Below are positions 34,394 through 44,692 of a stretch of DNA of 64,000 nt, piece after piece. The notes under the pieces are model-generated. The model saw nothing but the letters and a program-made list of their open reading frames with translations, was not told where the DNA came from and did not search any database. Both the position numbers and the translations under genes were made by a program. Location of the stretch: assembly GCA_028279475.1 (NCBI GenBank), contig JANQNR010000010.1, forward strand, positions 91,692 through 155,691. The letters are read 5' to 3'. Each line of letters opens with the position of its first letter. Position 1 is the stretch's first letter. This stretch comes from Rickettsiales bacterium (GTDB lineage: Bacteria; Pseudomonadota; Alphaproteobacteria; Rickettsiales; UBA998).

Positions 34394-35875
34394 ATGTCAA
34401 AACCGGGATTAGAATTACGCCAAGGTCAGTCACTGGTCATGACGCAGCAATTGCGTCAGTCCATCAGCCTGTTGCAACTCTCTACACCTGAACTTAATAA
34501 CGTCATCGAAGCGGAACTAGAGAAAAACCCGCTGCTTACGCGCGAAGAGGAACGGCAAGACACGGAGGTGCCAGCCAGCACGACCAAGGATGACCCCCAT
34601 CCTGATGCGGAACCACCGGGTGAACCACTTCCACAACAGCAAGAGATCGCCACAGAATCTGTCGATATGGATGCCGGCGATGTCTGGGGGGAATCCGACA
34701 CACGTTACACGCTGGATCGCGACGGTGCACAGAGCATGAGGCATGGCACATCCGACCTGTCCGACCTCATTGAACAGCGAGTGGCATCCGGCACGACATT
34801 GCACGAAGCACTGATGGCACAAATGCGACTTCGCACCCATTCTGCACTGGAAGAGAAAATTGCCGAAGCCATGGTTGATATGGTGGATAGCGCCGGGTAC
34901 CTGCCGCCGGACGCCCAGGAACGCGCCGCGCAACTGGGCATTGACAGCCCGGACTATGTCCGTACCATCGGCTATCTTCAGGAATGCGAACCAACCGGTG
35001 TCGGTGCGCGTAGCCTCCAGGAATGCCTCAGCCTGCAACTAGCCGAACAGGGGTTGCTCAGTACATCGATGCAGCAATTACTGGAACATCTGGAACTGGT
35101 TGCAAAAGGTGACCTGAAGCGCCTGTGCAAATTATGTGGCATCACACGGGAAGCGTTAGCAGAATTCATGGCAAATATACGGCGCTGCGATCCCAAGCCT
35201 GGCAGCCGCTACGATACGCACACCCCGCAAACCCTGATTCCGGAAGTACTGGTGCGTAAACATCCGGACGGCCAATGGGTCATCGAACTCAACCCGGAAA
35301 CCCTGCCTGGTGTCCTGCTGGATCAGGATTATACGCGCCGACTTAAGCAAGGCATCCGGGACAAAAACGACGCCAAGGCTGTTAACACGCATCTTACCAA
35401 TGCCAACTGGCTATTGCGTGCCATCGACCAACGCAACACGACCCTGCTCAACGTCGCCACTGAAATCGTAAAACAGCAAGAGCATTTCTTTGAATTTGGC
35501 ATTCAGTACCTCAAGCCCATGACACTGAAGGATATTGCCACCGAAGTGGATTGCCATGAAAGCACGGTCAGCCGGATCACCACCAGTAAATACCTGCACT
35601 GCACTCGCGGGACGTTTGAACTCAAATATTTCTTCACCTCCACGCTGGGCAACGCCAATGGCGGCACCGCCTATTCCAGCCGCACCGTGATGCACCTGAT
35701 TCAACAAATGACGGACGAAGAATCCCCGGACGCCATCCTGTCCGATGATGCGATGACTAAGCAGCTGAACCGTAAGGGCATTGATGTCGCCCGCCGCACT
35801 GTCGTCAAATATCGCAAACAAATGGGTATTCCTTCTTCCGTCGAACGCCGGCGCATAAAAAGAGTGCACCCGTAA
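34394..35875 (+). CDS. rpoN: RNA polymerase sigma-54 factor
   Basis: The N-terminal region I is LELRQGQSLVMTQQLRQSISLLQLS. The acidic region II follows. The C-terminal part holds an HTH and the RpoN box ARRTVVKYR. Confidence 0.95.
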   Translation: MSKPGLELRQGQSLVMTQQLRQSISLLQLSTPELNNVIEAELEKNPLLTREEERQDTEVPASTTKDDPHPDAEPPGEPLPQQQEIATESVDMDAGDVWGESDTRYTLDRDGAQSMRHGTSDLSDLIEQRVASGTTLHEALMAQMRLRTHSALEEKIAEAMVDMVDSAGYLPPDAQERAAQLGIDSPDYVRTIGYLQECEPTGVGARSLQECLSLQLAEQGLLSTSMQQLLEHLELVAKGDLKRLCKLCGITREALAEFMANIRRCDPKPGSRYDTHTPQTLIPEVLVRKHPDGQWVIELNPETLPGVLLDQDYTRRLKQGIRDKNDAKAVNTHLTNANWLLRAIDQRNTTLLNVATEIVKQQEHFFEFGIQYLKPMTLKDIATEVDCHESTVSRITTSKYLHCTRGTFELKYFFTSTLGNANGGTAYSSRTVMHLIQQMTDEESPDAILSDDAMTKQLNRKGIDVARRTVVKYRKQMGIPSSVERRRIKRVHP

Positions 35876-35888
35876 TCAACCATAGGGT

Positions 35889-36737
35889 TTACCCGCTCCG
35901 CGTGGTGGCCGTTTCCAACAGACGATCAAAGCCCGGCACATGCGGTTCACCACGAAAATTGATGGCATTACTAAACCGGGTCTTACAGGTGGTGAAGCGC
36001 TTATCACATCCTTCACTCAACACATAGGTATCGCCGATTGACGGCGCGTAAGGAAGCGGCAACATCAGGGTGATTTGACCAGGCTGGTAGGCTTTAACCT
36101 CGATGGCAATACCGTCATTGGCACCACCGGTAAAGGTCAGCACTCCATGCGCATAGGTATCGGAAATTTCGCCGCGACTACTGTCAAACAGGATCGTTGT
36201 GCCATCGACGCTGGTCAGCGACCCGGTAACCGTCCGCGCTCCCATATCGACCTTGCAGGCAGTATCTCCCAACTCCGCTCGACAAGTCGGACTATAGACA
36301 CTGCCAACCGTCTGGGTCAACTTCTGCGTAAGGCCACGGATTTCGGCGGTGAACTGCTCTCCACTCCAAGTGACCTCTCCCAGCCAACCAAATCGTAATG
36401 GTAGGGCACCTTGCGTCACATCCTCAACATTCACCTGAAATACCTCAATCTCAGCGAAATCGTACAGCCCGGCCAGAATATCCGCCTCGTCAATCACGGC
36501 GGAATCGAGCATACCTTCAATGTCGAGATTATCAACGGCCAGCGTCGCCGACCCGGCAATCGCAGTGGGCGTCAGACCGGATGCTGCCTCATAGGTAACA
36601 CCCTCAAACAGGATCGGCCGGTCATGATCGGTAAAGCCCAGCACGACCGCATCTCGGCGCGTCAGCTTCCAGCATGTGGCCAATGTCGTCACCTCCTGCA
36701 TCAGGTGATTTTGTAACGCTGTAGATAGTGTTTTCAT
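35889..36737 (-). CDS. GTA g13-like protein (DUF2163 / phage BR0599 family)
   Basis: LATCWKLTRRDAVVLGFTDHDRPILFEGVTYEAASG and the C-terminal CDKRFTTCKTRFSNAINFRGEPHVPG are the TIGR02218-type pattern. Confidence 0.85.
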   Translation of the reverse strand: MKTLSTALQNHLMQEVTTLATCWKLTRRDAVVLGFTDHDRPILFEGVTYEAASGLTPTAIAGSATLAVDNLDIEGMLDSAVIDEADILAGLYDFAEIEVFQVNVEDVTQGALPLRFGWLGEVTWSGEQFTAEIRGLTQKLTQTVGSVYSPTCRAELGDTACKVDMGARTVTGSLTSVDGTTILFDSSRGEISDTYAHGVLTFTGGANDGIAIEVKAYQPGQITLMLPLPYAPSIGDTYVLSEGCDKRFTTCKTRFSNAINFRGEPHVPGFDRLLETATTRSG

Positions 36738-36739
36738 CG

Positions 36740-37339
36740 TCAGACCTCCCGCACTTCAACCAGCGGAATGTCACCCCAGGAGTAAAGCCCGGCATCATCC
36801 AGTCGCGCAGTGAGCTGGTCGGTTTCAAACCTCACCGGTACATCAAATTCTCCATCCACGGAAATCGGCACGCCACTACCAGGCGCAGCACTGAACGTCA
36901 CCAGGCCGGTGGTAGCATCCACAACTACCCCCGAGATTTGCAACACCCCATCCAGAAACACATCCATGACACCCGCCACCGGGCGCGTGATCGGACGCGT
37001 GTAGGTCTCACTACCACTGCTATAGGTTTTAATCAGTTGAAACTGCGTGGTACTGCCGTCACCGGTGCCAATCACCTGACCGATCAATCGATAATCACTC
37101 CAATCCTTGAAGCGAAAGGCCTGCCACCGCCCAGCACGTGCCCTGAAAAACGCAATCAGCGCATCGAGCTGCGTCTGATTCTTGATGCCATGCGCAACAT
37201 TATAGACATTCCGCGCCTGCGCCCAGTTGCGGTTGCGCTTCTCATAACCACCAGCATTGGTAGTGATGACCGTAGAGAATACTGGCCCACCTGCCGAACC
37301 ATAGGCAATATCTTCTGGGAATCGTTCGTCACTGAACAT
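36740..37339 (-). CDS. GTA g12-like protein (DUF2460 / TIGR02217 family)
   Basis: ERFPEDIAYGSAGGPVFSTVITTNAGGYEKRNRNWAQARNVYNVAHGIK matches the conserved N-terminus of this family. The gene ends 2 nt before g13. Confidence 0.85.
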   Translation of the reverse strand: MFSDERFPEDIAYGSAGGPVFSTVITTNAGGYEKRNRNWAQARNVYNVAHGIKNQTQLDALIAFFRARAGRWQAFRFKDWSDYRLIGQVIGTGDGSTTQFQLIKTYSSGSETYTRPITRPVAGVMDVFLDGVLQISGVVVDATTGLVTFSAAPGSGVPISVDGEFDVPVRFETDQLTARLDDAGLYSWGDIPLVEVREV

Positions 37340-37482
37340 GTGTCTCTCCTTGTCGTAATCCAGCGCACGTTAAGACCGAACAAATGGCTCCGGAAGAGAA
37401 GAAATTCGACAAAACAAATGTCCGTTTTGGTAATTTCTATTTCCTTCTTTATTGCCTGCAATACTTCCTCTATACAGAGTGT

Positions 37483-38838
37483 ATGAACGCATCCAACATC
37501 ACTCTGACTCGCCCCACCTGGTCACGCCCGAAAGCGAAAAAGACCGCCTATGTTAATGCCCGCGTGATTGATCCGGCCTCGGCGTTGGACAGCAAAGGCT
37601 ATGTGCTGACCGCCGGTGATCGCATCACGGCGGTGGAGAAGGGCGAATTCGAAGACGATACGTCCCATGATTTTGAAGTGATCGACTGCGGCGGTCACGT
37701 ACTCTGCCCCGGCCTGATCGATATACAAGTGCATTTTCGTGAGCCGGGCTTTGAATATAAGGAAACGATCGAAACCGGCAGCCGTTCAGCCGCCGCCGGA
37801 GGTGTCACCACCGTCGCCTGTATGCCCAATACCGAGCCGGTACTGGATGACGTATCGCTGATTGACTTCATCCATAAGCGCAGCCGCGAAACCGGCTATG
37901 TCAATGTCCGCACCTACGGTGCGATTTCCAAAGGATTGAAAGGCGACGACCTGACGGAGATGGGACTGATGGTCGAGGCTGGTGCCGTTGGGTTTACCGA
38001 TGATGGGTTGCCTCTGATGAATGCCGGACTGATGCGTCAAGCCTTATCCTATTCCAAGGATTTAGGGGTGCCGATTGCCCAGCATGCGGAGGATTTGCAG
38101 CTGTCCGCTGGTGGCTGTATCAATGAAGGTGCCGTGTCTGCAAAGCTGGGTGTGAAAGGCATACCGAATGCCGCCGAAGCGGTCATGGTCGAGCGTGATA
38201 TCCTGCTGACCGAACTGACCGGCGGACAATACCATGTATTGCATATCACCACCGCTGAAGCGATTGATGCTGTGCGTCGCGCCAAGGAGAAAGGGTTGCA
38301 TGTGACCTGTGAAGCCGCGCCGCACCATTTTACCTTAACCGATGAGGACGTGCTGGAGCATCGTACCTTCTCCAAGATGAACCCACCGCTGCGGGCTGAG
38401 AAAGACCGCCGCGCCGTCCTGGAAGGGCTGAAGGACGGCACCATTGATGCCATCGCCACCGACCACGCCCCGCACGAACAGGAAAGCAAGCAGGACGTAC
38501 CACTCCAGACCGCCGCCTTCGGCATTGTCGGGCTGGAAACCATGCTGCCACTGTCATTGGCGTTAGTACATCGCAAAGAGATGAAGCTGATTGATGTGCT
38601 GGGTGCCATGACGTACAAGGCTGCCGACATTATCCATGTGGACGCCGGACGCCTGAAGAAGGGCGCGCAGGCCGATCTGACCCTGATTGATCCGGATTAT
38701 GACTGGACACTCAATCCCGACTCCTTTGTCAGTAAATCGAAAAACTCACCGTTTGACGGCACGTCGGTCAAGGGACGGGCGCTACGCACCGTGGTAGCAG
38801 GCGAGACGGTCTATAGCCTCAACGCAACGCGCGACTAA
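37483..38838 (+). CDS. pyrC: Dihydroorotase (multifunctional-complex / allantoinase-like type)
   Basis: [14 protein letters not shown] (metal-binding HxH), [23 protein letters not shown] and ATDHAPH. The start is placed at MNASNIT. Confidence 0.9.
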   Translation: MNASNITLTRPTWSRPKAKKTAYVNARVIDPASALDSKGYVLTAGDRITAVEKGEFEDDTSHDFEVIDCGGHVLCPGLIDIQVHFREPGFEYKETIETGSRSAAAGGVTTVACMPNTEPVLDDVSLIDFIHKRSRETGYVNVRTYGAISKGLKGDDLTEMGLMVEAGAVGFTDDGLPLMNAGLMRQALSYSKDLGVPIAQHAEDLQLSAGGCINEGAVSAKLGVKGIPNAAEAVMVERDILLTELTGGQYHVLHITTAEAIDAVRRAKEKGLHVTCEAAPHHFTLTDEDVLEHRTFSKMNPPLRAEKDRRAVLEGLKDGTIDAIATDHAPHEQESKQDVPLQTAAFGIVGLETMLPLSLALVHRKEMKLIDVLGAMTYKAADIIHVDAGRLKKGAQADLTLIDPDYDWTLNPDSFVSKSKNSPFDGTSVKGRALRTVVAGETVYSLNATRD

Positions 38839-38842
38839 CCAC

Positions 38843-39289
38843 ATGTCCGACACGCCCAAACAGGTCACCATCTACACCGACGGCGCGTGCAGCGGCAATC
38901 CCGGCCCTGGCGGCTGGGGGGCGGTGCTGGTGTGTGGTGACAAGGAAAAGGAACTCTCCGGCGGCGAAGCCGACACGACCAATAACCGCATGGAATTACT
39001 GGCAGCGATTGAGGCGCTGAATGCCCTGACCTCCCACTGCCGGGTCGATCTCTATACCGACAGCCAATACGTCAAGAACGGCATCACCCAGTGGATTCAT
39101 GGCTGGCAGAAAAATGGCTGGAAAAACTCCCAGAAAAAGCCGGTGAAAAACGCCGATCTATGGCAATCACTACTCAAGGCGCAGGAAGCGCATGAGGTGG
39201 CGTGGCATTGGGTAAAAGGACATGCCGGCCACGAAGGCAATGAACGCGCCGACACCCTCGCCCGGCTGGCAGCGGTGCAGTATAGTTAA
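38843..39289 (+). CDS. rnhA: Ribonuclease HI
   Basis: [55 protein letters not shown]. Confidence 0.95.
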   Translation: MSDTPKQVTIYTDGACSGNPGPGGWGAVLVCGDKEKELSGGEADTTNNRMELLAAIEALNALTSHCRVDLYTDSQYVKNGITQWIHGWQKNGWKNSQKKPVKNADLWQSLLKAQEAHEVAWHWVKGHAGHEGNERADTLARLAAVQYS

Positions 39290-39292
39290 AGC

Positions 39293-39322
39293 AGGCAAAA
39301 AAAATCCCGCGATGACGCGGGA
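39293..39322 (-). terminator. Rho-independent terminator for the 39350-39700 gene (minus strand)
   Basis: The hairpin tcccgcg-atga-cgcggga is followed on the minus strand by a T-run of about ten. Confidence 0.6.
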
Positions 39323-39349
39323 AATTCAATGAAGTAGAGAGAAACCTAT

Positions 39350-39700
39350 CTACCTTATGATACCTTTAGCATAATGTTCGTGTCCGCGGGCAACCCCTCT
39401 CGAGATCATGGGAGTTCTTGCAGGCATGGAAGTCTGCAAGGTATAAAGGTCATCTTCGCTTAGTTTGTAGTTGATCTTTCGATCTTCTAAAGCTTTTTTG
39501 ACAACATCTCTAAACTTGTTAAGCCCACCGTCAGAATAGGGTTTGTCTTGACAGTACGAATATAATTCGCTGTCCCCCTCCATCACACGAACACCATAGG
39601 TATGCGTTTTCTTATCTCCTTCTTCAGTTGTTATTAATAGAAGGTCTATCGTTTGGTTGCCCACAACGATAGATTTCAGAACACTTTTTTGGATAGGCAT
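39350..39700 (-). CDS. Hypothetical protein (116 aa) on a small AT-rich islet
   Basis: The ORF has its own terminator and an AT-rich upstream region. No family recognised. Confidence 0.5.
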   Translation of the reverse strand: MPIQKSVLKSIVVGNQTIDLLLITTEEGDKKTHTYGVRVMEGDSELYSYCQDKPYSDGGLNKFRDVVKKALEDRKINYKLSEDDLYTLQTSMPARTPMISRGVARGHEHYAKGIIR

Positions 39701-39805
39701 CGGATAAATCCTCTGCTAAACATCATATTCTTACACAAGAAAGCTTATATAAGAAGAACCTAATGGTTATTTTTTACTAAGAAAACCCTCTATTGGCAAG
39801 CAAAA

Positions 39806-40132
39806 TCACTTACAATACGTACTCTTTTCCATCTCGCGGATGTCGACGGAGAGGCGATCGACCGAGGGGATGTGTTCTTTTACCAAGTCAAACACCTGCC
39901 GTGACAGATCGGCGCGCTCATGCTCCATCCGCCCGGAAAGGATCGCTACTGTCACATGCAAGAAATTTTCTGCCCCTTCCGGCAACAACACCTGCTCATA
40001 CGCAATCGCACGTGCTTTTACTGCCTGCGGCGAGAACAATCCGCACTCCGAGACCAGCCGGTGCACCGCCTTCAGCGCGTCCGGGATATGGGGGTGTAAT
40101 ACAGTGGAATATTCAAGAATGATATGGGGCAT
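39806..40132 (-). CDS. 5-carboxymethyl-2-hydroxymuconate isomerase family (tautomerase-like) protein
   Basis: It starts MPHIILEYS (catalytic Pro1 pattern, as in E. coli HpcD MPHFIVECS). Its length is ~108 aa and it ends SVDIREMEKSTYCK. The longer ORF-track N-terminus overlaps the EIIA gene and is rejected. Confidence 0.7.
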   Translation of the reverse strand: MPHIILEYSTVLHPHIPDALKAVHRLVSECGLFSPQAVKARAIAYEQVLLPEGAENFLHVTVAILSGRMEHERADLSRQVFDLVKEHIPSVDRLSVDIREMEKSTYCK

Positions 40133-40145
40133 GGCACTAAGATCG

Positions 40146-40559
40146 TTAACTAGCTTCTTCCAGCTCTTCCAACACTTCGCTGAGCACGTAGATATATTTC
40201 TTCGCAACTCCCTTCGATTCCTGCACGGCATCTTTAATGGAAAGCACCTGCCGCGTGGTCAGAAGCTTCAACAGCATCGCCAGGTTCATACCCGACATCA
40301 CTTCCACGTTCCAGCTTTGTGCCACGGAGATAGACAGGTTGCATGGCACGCCGCCGAACATGTCGGTGACAATCACCACCCCGCGCTGGCGATCAACCGC
40401 CTCAATGGCGCGCGCAATGGACTCGCGGACGCTTTCCATATCGTCCCCGATATTATAGCTGACGCATTTGACATAATCCTGGCGGCCAATCATTTCCTCG
40501 GCCACACTCATATAGGTCTGCGCCAACTCGCCATGCGCCACCAGCACCACGCCTAACAC
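40146..40559 (-). CDS. PTS EIIA component, mannose/fructose family
   Basis: GVVLVAHGELA (active-site His) and VIVTDMFGGVPCN match the alphaproteobacterial regulatory EIIA(Man). Confidence 0.85.
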   Translation of the reverse strand: MLGVVLVAHGELAQTYMSVAEEMIGRQDYVKCVSYNIGDDMESVRESIARAIEAVDRQRGVVIVTDMFGGVPCNLSISVAQSWNVEVMSGMNLAMLLKLLTTRQVLSIKDAVQESKGVAKKYIYVLSEVLEELEEAS

Positions 40560-40641
40560 GACGCGATTCCATCTATAATGTAATTGTTCAGACCTGTGAC
40601 CATAGCGTTCCTATACTAACACCGAAAATCATAACACGCTA

Positions 40642-41481
40642 TTAATGATCGAGTTCACGGTGCCGAATGGTGACGGAAATCCCCTCACTGGGGAGTAATG
40701 GTGCCAGTCGTTCCGTCATATAGACCGAACGATGCCGCCCTCCCGTGCACCCAATCGCCAATGTCAGATAGCTTTTCCCTTCGCGAACATACAAAGGAAT
40801 TAGAAAGCCAAGCAAGGTTTGCAAATGTTCTAGATAGGCCTTGCTATGGGCATCTTCCTCGATAAATGCCGCCACCTCTGCATCTTTACCCGTCAAGGGA
40901 CGCAATGCCTCATCATAGTGCGGGTTTTGCAAGCACCGCACATCAAATACCAGATCGGCATTCTCTGGCAGGCCAAATTGATAGGAAAACGACATCACTT
41001 GCACACTCAAGCCACTAGCCGCATGTCCGACCATTGACTGCAAATGCTGCTTCAGTTGATGCGGAGTCAGACGGCTGGTATCGAGCACCGTTTCCGCCTG
41101 TGCCCGCACCGGGACGAGCAGCGCCTCCTCCCGCTTCAGGCTCTCCGGGATGGAGTCGCCCTGAAATAATGGGTGGCGATGTTTGGTGGCATTATAACGG
41201 GCGATCAGCGTGTCATGATGGCAGGTAAGGAAAATCAGTGTGAGCTGATATTTCTCCCGCAATGACTCTAGCAAGGCTAAGAATGGTTCCGATTCAAACC
41301 CGTGCGAACGCACATCCAGGCACATCGCCAGACAGTCGAGCGTCCCCTCCACCGATGCCAGCACGTCTGAAACGGCAGAAAGCGGAAGATTGTCCATGCA
41401 CGCTACCCCGGCATCTTCAAACGCCTTGAGCGCAACAGACTTCCCCGCGCCAGAATAGCCGGTGATGATGAAGAGCCGCAT
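40642..41481 (-). CDS. rapZ: RNase adapter protein RapZ (YhbJ family P-loop protein)
   Basis: The Walker A motif is ITGYSGAGKS. Further motifs are MDNLP, DVRCLQNPHY and IGCTGGRHRSV. Confidence 0.9.
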   Translation of the reverse strand: MRLFIITGYSGAGKSVALKAFEDAGVACMDNLPLSAVSDVLASVEGTLDCLAMCLDVRSHGFESEPFLALLESLREKYQLTLIFLTCHHDTLIARYNATKHRHPLFQGDSIPESLKREEALLVPVRAQAETVLDTSRLTPHQLKQHLQSMVGHAASGLSVQVMSFSYQFGLPENADLVFDVRCLQNPHYDEALRPLTGKDAEVAAFIEEDAHSKAYLEHLQTLLGFLIPLYVREGKSYLTLAIGCTGGRHRSVYMTERLAPLLPSEGISVTIRHRELDH

Positions 41482-41494
41482 ATGACAGCGCTAT

Positions 41495-42091
41495 CTAGGC
41501 TGCGACACTTTTCCCTTCGGCAACATCAGGATCGACCCAAGCAATATTGCCATCCGGACGCCGGGAAATCGCATTTAGACGGCCATTGGCGTCATTAATA
41601 AACATCAGTACCGGCAAATCGCCCAGATCCATGCGCATCACGGCATCACTCACAGTGAGGCGTTCAATATGGGTCGGCGTTTCGGCGATAATCACCGGGT
41701 TATCACCCACCACCTCGTCTTCATCTTCTGAGGAAATCACGTAATGCGTGCCGGAGAACCGCTCCGCTGGCGTATCGGAAGCGCTGCTGGTGTGGTGGTT
41801 GGTGATCTGGCGTTTGTAACGGCGCAATTGTTTCTCAATCTTCTCAATGGCGGCGTCAAACACGCCGTAGGGGTCACTCCCCTCCTCGCGGGATTTTAGG
41901 CTCAGACGCGCATGCGTCCCCATATTCCCGGCAATATCAACGCGAAATGCATGTCCTTCCTTGGAAAGCACGACCTCAATCTTATTGATACGGTCGATAT
42001 ATTTGGAGACCGCCGCCGTGGTTTTTTCTTCGATATAGCTTTTGAGCGACTCGCCCACATCCACCTGTTTTCCGGATACGATAACTTGCAT
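41495..42091 (-). CDS. hpf: Ribosome hibernation promoting factor, long form
   Basis: The N-terminal MQVIVSGKQVDVGESLKSYIEEK (S30AE domain) is followed by the C-terminal dimerisation domain VIIAETPTHIERLTVSDAVMRMDL. The SD aggaga lies before the MQV start. Confidence 0.9.
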   Translation of the reverse strand: MQVIVSGKQVDVGESLKSYIEEKTTAAVSKYIDRINKIEVVLSKEGHAFRVDIAGNMGTHARLSLKSREEGSDPYGVFDAAIEKIEKQLRRYKRQITNHHTSSASDTPAERFSGTHYVISSEDEDEVVGDNPVIIAETPTHIERLTVSDAVMRMDLGDLPVLMFINDANGRLNAISRRPDGNIAWVDPDVAEGKSVAA

Positions 42092-42143
42092 GATTTGGTC
42101 TCCTGTTGATTTATTCGTTTTGGTCAGGCTCATGATCTCTCGG

Positions 42144-42277
42144 CTTCCCCCTTGCGGGGGAGCAGCAGAGTCAAGGCGATGGCGGAGCCGAAGACGATGC
42201 GTGGGGGGTCATACCCCCTCACCCAATCGGACAGCGCTACGCTTGTCCTCTTGGACTCTCCCGCAAGGGGAGAGTGG
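42144..42277. repeat. GC-rich nested palindromic element, family P copy 2
   Basis: cttcccccttgcgggggag ... gtggggggtc ataccccctcacccaatcggac ... gtcctcttggactctcccgcaaggggagagtgg. The shared blocks are in the same order as in copy 1 at 5176-5306. Confidence 0.7.
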
Positions 42278-42358
42278 CGGGACATAACCAGCATTGAGCC
42301 TACACTTACTAATATAGCACAAATCTGCTGCGGTGCAATGTTGAGGGTTATATGGCAG

Positions 42359-43084
42359 CTAATACTCAATAGATGCCAGAATCGCTGCTGCGGCTTCTGC
42401 CGGGTCATCTGCCTGCGTGATCGGGCGGCCAATCACCAGATAATCCGCGCCGCGCCCGATGGCTTCTGCCGGTGTCATCACCCGTTTCTGATCGTGACTG
42501 TCCGCACCGTCAGGGCGAATCCCCGGCACCACCAACAGGAACTCCCCGCCTATCTCCCGGCGCAACATCTCGATTTCATACGAGGAACACACCACCCCGT
42601 CCAGTTGTGCACTATGCGCCAGGTCGGCCATCCGCTTGACATGATCCGGCACCGTATCGCGAATCCCGGTCATCAGCAAATCATCCTGATCCATGCTGGT
42701 CAGCGCCGTCACCCCGATAATGTACGGACGCCGCTTGCCGGTTTTCTCCGCCACCTCCATCGATGCATCAATGGCCGACTGCAACATCGCACGCCCACCG
42801 GACGTATGCACCGTCATCATAAACGTATCAATCCCGGCAGTGGCTTTGATGGCACGCGCCACGGTGTTGGGGATGTCATGAAATTTCAGATCAAGAAAGA
42901 TGGGAATGCCCAACGCTTCAAACCGCCGCACCCCATCAGCTCCATGCGCTACGAAATATTCCAGTCCCAGCTTAATCGCCCCAACATGCGGTGCCACCTG
43001 CGTGGCCAGCGACATAGCATGAACAGCGTCAATCGTATCAATCGCACAAATAATCGGGTTGGAGTGGGATGAGACAGCGTTCAT
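42359..43084 (-). CDS. pyrF: Orotidine 5'-phosphate decarboxylase
   Basis: ICAIDT, FLDLKFHDIPNT, M.TVH..GG and VIGRPI are PyrF motifs. Confidence 0.95.
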   Translation of the reverse strand: MNAVSSHSNPIICAIDTIDAVHAMSLATQVAPHVGAIKLGLEYFVAHGADGVRRFEALGIPIFLDLKFHDIPNTVARAIKATAGIDTFMMTVHTSGGRAMLQSAIDASMEVAEKTGKRRPYIIGVTALTSMDQDDLLMTGIRDTVPDHVKRMADLAHSAQLDGVVCSSYEIEMLRREIGGEFLLVVPGIRPDGADSHDQKRVMTPAEAIGRGADYLVIGRPITQADDPAEAAAAILASIEY

Positions 43085-43297
43085 AACGCCGTATCATGCA
43101 GGATGCATGCCCAAAACGCTACTGTAAAAAACTGCTTCATAGCCCTACTCGTGTTGCCATATCTCGACACCGTCTGCCACCGGGGACTAAACCGCATAAA
43201 CATCATGAATGTGTAAGTATACATCATACGGAAACCCTTGACATTTTACCCGTAGGCGACTTTGTTCAAAGTTCACTCTAAACGGAAGCTTAATAAC

Positions 43298-44512
43298 ATG
43301 GAAAAACTGAAAGTCGCCACGCCGGTGGTGGAAATGGATGGCGATGAAATGACCCGGATTATCTGGGCATGGATCAAGGAAGAACTGATTCTTCCCTATC
43401 TGGAGATTGATCTGAAATATTTTGATCTCTCGGTCACGCATCGCGATGCCACGGACGATCAGGTGACGATTGACGCCGCCCATGCGGTTCGCGAGTATGG
43501 TGTTGGTGTAAAATGTGCCACCATTACGCCGGATCAGGGGCGTGTCAGCGAGTTTAACCTGAAAAAAATGTGGCGTTCACCCAATGGGACGATCCGTAAT
43601 ATTCTGGGCGGTACCATTTTCCGCGAGCCGATCACCATCGGCAATATTCCACGCTACGTCCCCGGTTGGGAGCAGCCGATCATCGTTGGTCGCCATGCCT
43701 TTGGCGATCAGTACCGGGCGACCGATCTGCGTATTCCTGGCAAAGGCAAGTTGACCCTCACCTTTACGCCAGAAAACGGTGAACCGATGGAACACCACGT
43801 ATTTGATTTCCCCGGGGAAGGGGTGGCGCTGTCGATGTATAATCATGACGCCTCGATCGAAGGCTTCGCTCGCGCCTGTTTCCATTATGCGCTAAGCCGG
43901 AAGTTACCGCTCTATTTGTCCACAAAGGATACCATCCTGAAAGTCTATGATGGCGAGTTTAAAGATATTTTCCAGGGCGTTTACGAAAACTCGTTCAAGA
44001 CTGAATTTGAAGCAGCCGGGTTGAGTTATGAGCACCGACTGATTGACGATATGGTTGCCTATGCCATTAAGTCGAATGGCGGGTTTGTCTGGGCGTGCAA
44101 GAATTATGATGGGGATGTGCAGTCCGATATTGTCGCGCAGGGATTTGGGTCGTTGGGGCTGATGACATCGGTACTGATTACGCCGGATGGGAATACGGTA
44201 GAAACCGAAGCGGCGCATGGCACGGTGACGCGCCATTACCGCCAGCATCAGCAGGGTAAGGAGACGTCGACCAACCCGATTGCTAGCATTTTTGCCTGGA
44301 CGTCAGGGTTGAAATACCGTGCCAAGTTCGATGATACACCAGCAGTAGCGCATTTCGCTGACACGCTGGAGCGCGCCTGCATTGAGGCAGTCGAGGGTGG
44401 AGAGATGACCAAGGATTTGGCGCTACTCGTTGGTGATACTCAGAAGCACCTCACCACGCGTCAATTCATGGATGCCGTGGGCGGACGCCTGAAGGCACTG
44501 CTGGGTGCATAA
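43298..44512 (+). CDS. icd: NADP-dependent isocitrate dehydrogenase (eukaryote-like dimeric subfamily)
   Basis: [48 protein letters not shown] and HGTVTRHYR. Confidence 0.95.
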   Translation: MEKLKVATPVVEMDGDEMTRIIWAWIKEELILPYLEIDLKYFDLSVTHRDATDDQVTIDAAHAVREYGVGVKCATITPDQGRVSEFNLKKMWRSPNGTIRNILGGTIFREPITIGNIPRYVPGWEQPIIVGRHAFGDQYRATDLRIPGKGKLTLTFTPENGEPMEHHVFDFPGEGVALSMYNHDASIEGFARACFHYALSRKLPLYLSTKDTILKVYDGEFKDIFQGVYENSFKTEFEAAGLSYEHRLIDDMVAYAIKSNGGFVWACKNYDGDVQSDIVAQGFGSLGLMTSVLITPDGNTVETEAAHGTVTRHYRQHQQGKETSTNPIASIFAWTSGLKYRAKFDDTPAVAHFADTLERACIEAVEGGEMTKDLALLVGDTQKHLTTRQFMDAVGGRLKALLGA

Positions 44513-44581
44513 GTCGGCTAAGCCATCGCTGTCTAAATGGAAAGAATGTGAGTTTGCTACAGATATTATAGTGTTTTCGCT

Positions 44582-44692
44582 TTTTATTTACGCTAAATGC
44601 TTCAAGGTGAGGAGGATTTTAGCGTACATAAGGTACGTGAATCCGACGAATCCGAAGAAGCATGACGCGTAAATGAAAATGGGAAATACTAT
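44582..44692. repeat. Dispersed palindromic element, family C copy 2 (its right end supplies the hemC start region)
   Basis: See 1652-1762. The aaatgaaaatgggaaatacta block contains the hemC ATG. Confidence 0.5.

Noticed and set aside
39840-40556. 238-aa plus-strand ORF
   Set aside because: It is antisense to both the tautomerase-family gene and the EIIA(Man) gene, each of which has clear family motifs.
42152-43072. 306-aa plus-strand ORF
   Set aside because: It starts within repeat P2 and runs antisense through pyrF. Its His/Arg-rich composition is that of a shadow frame.
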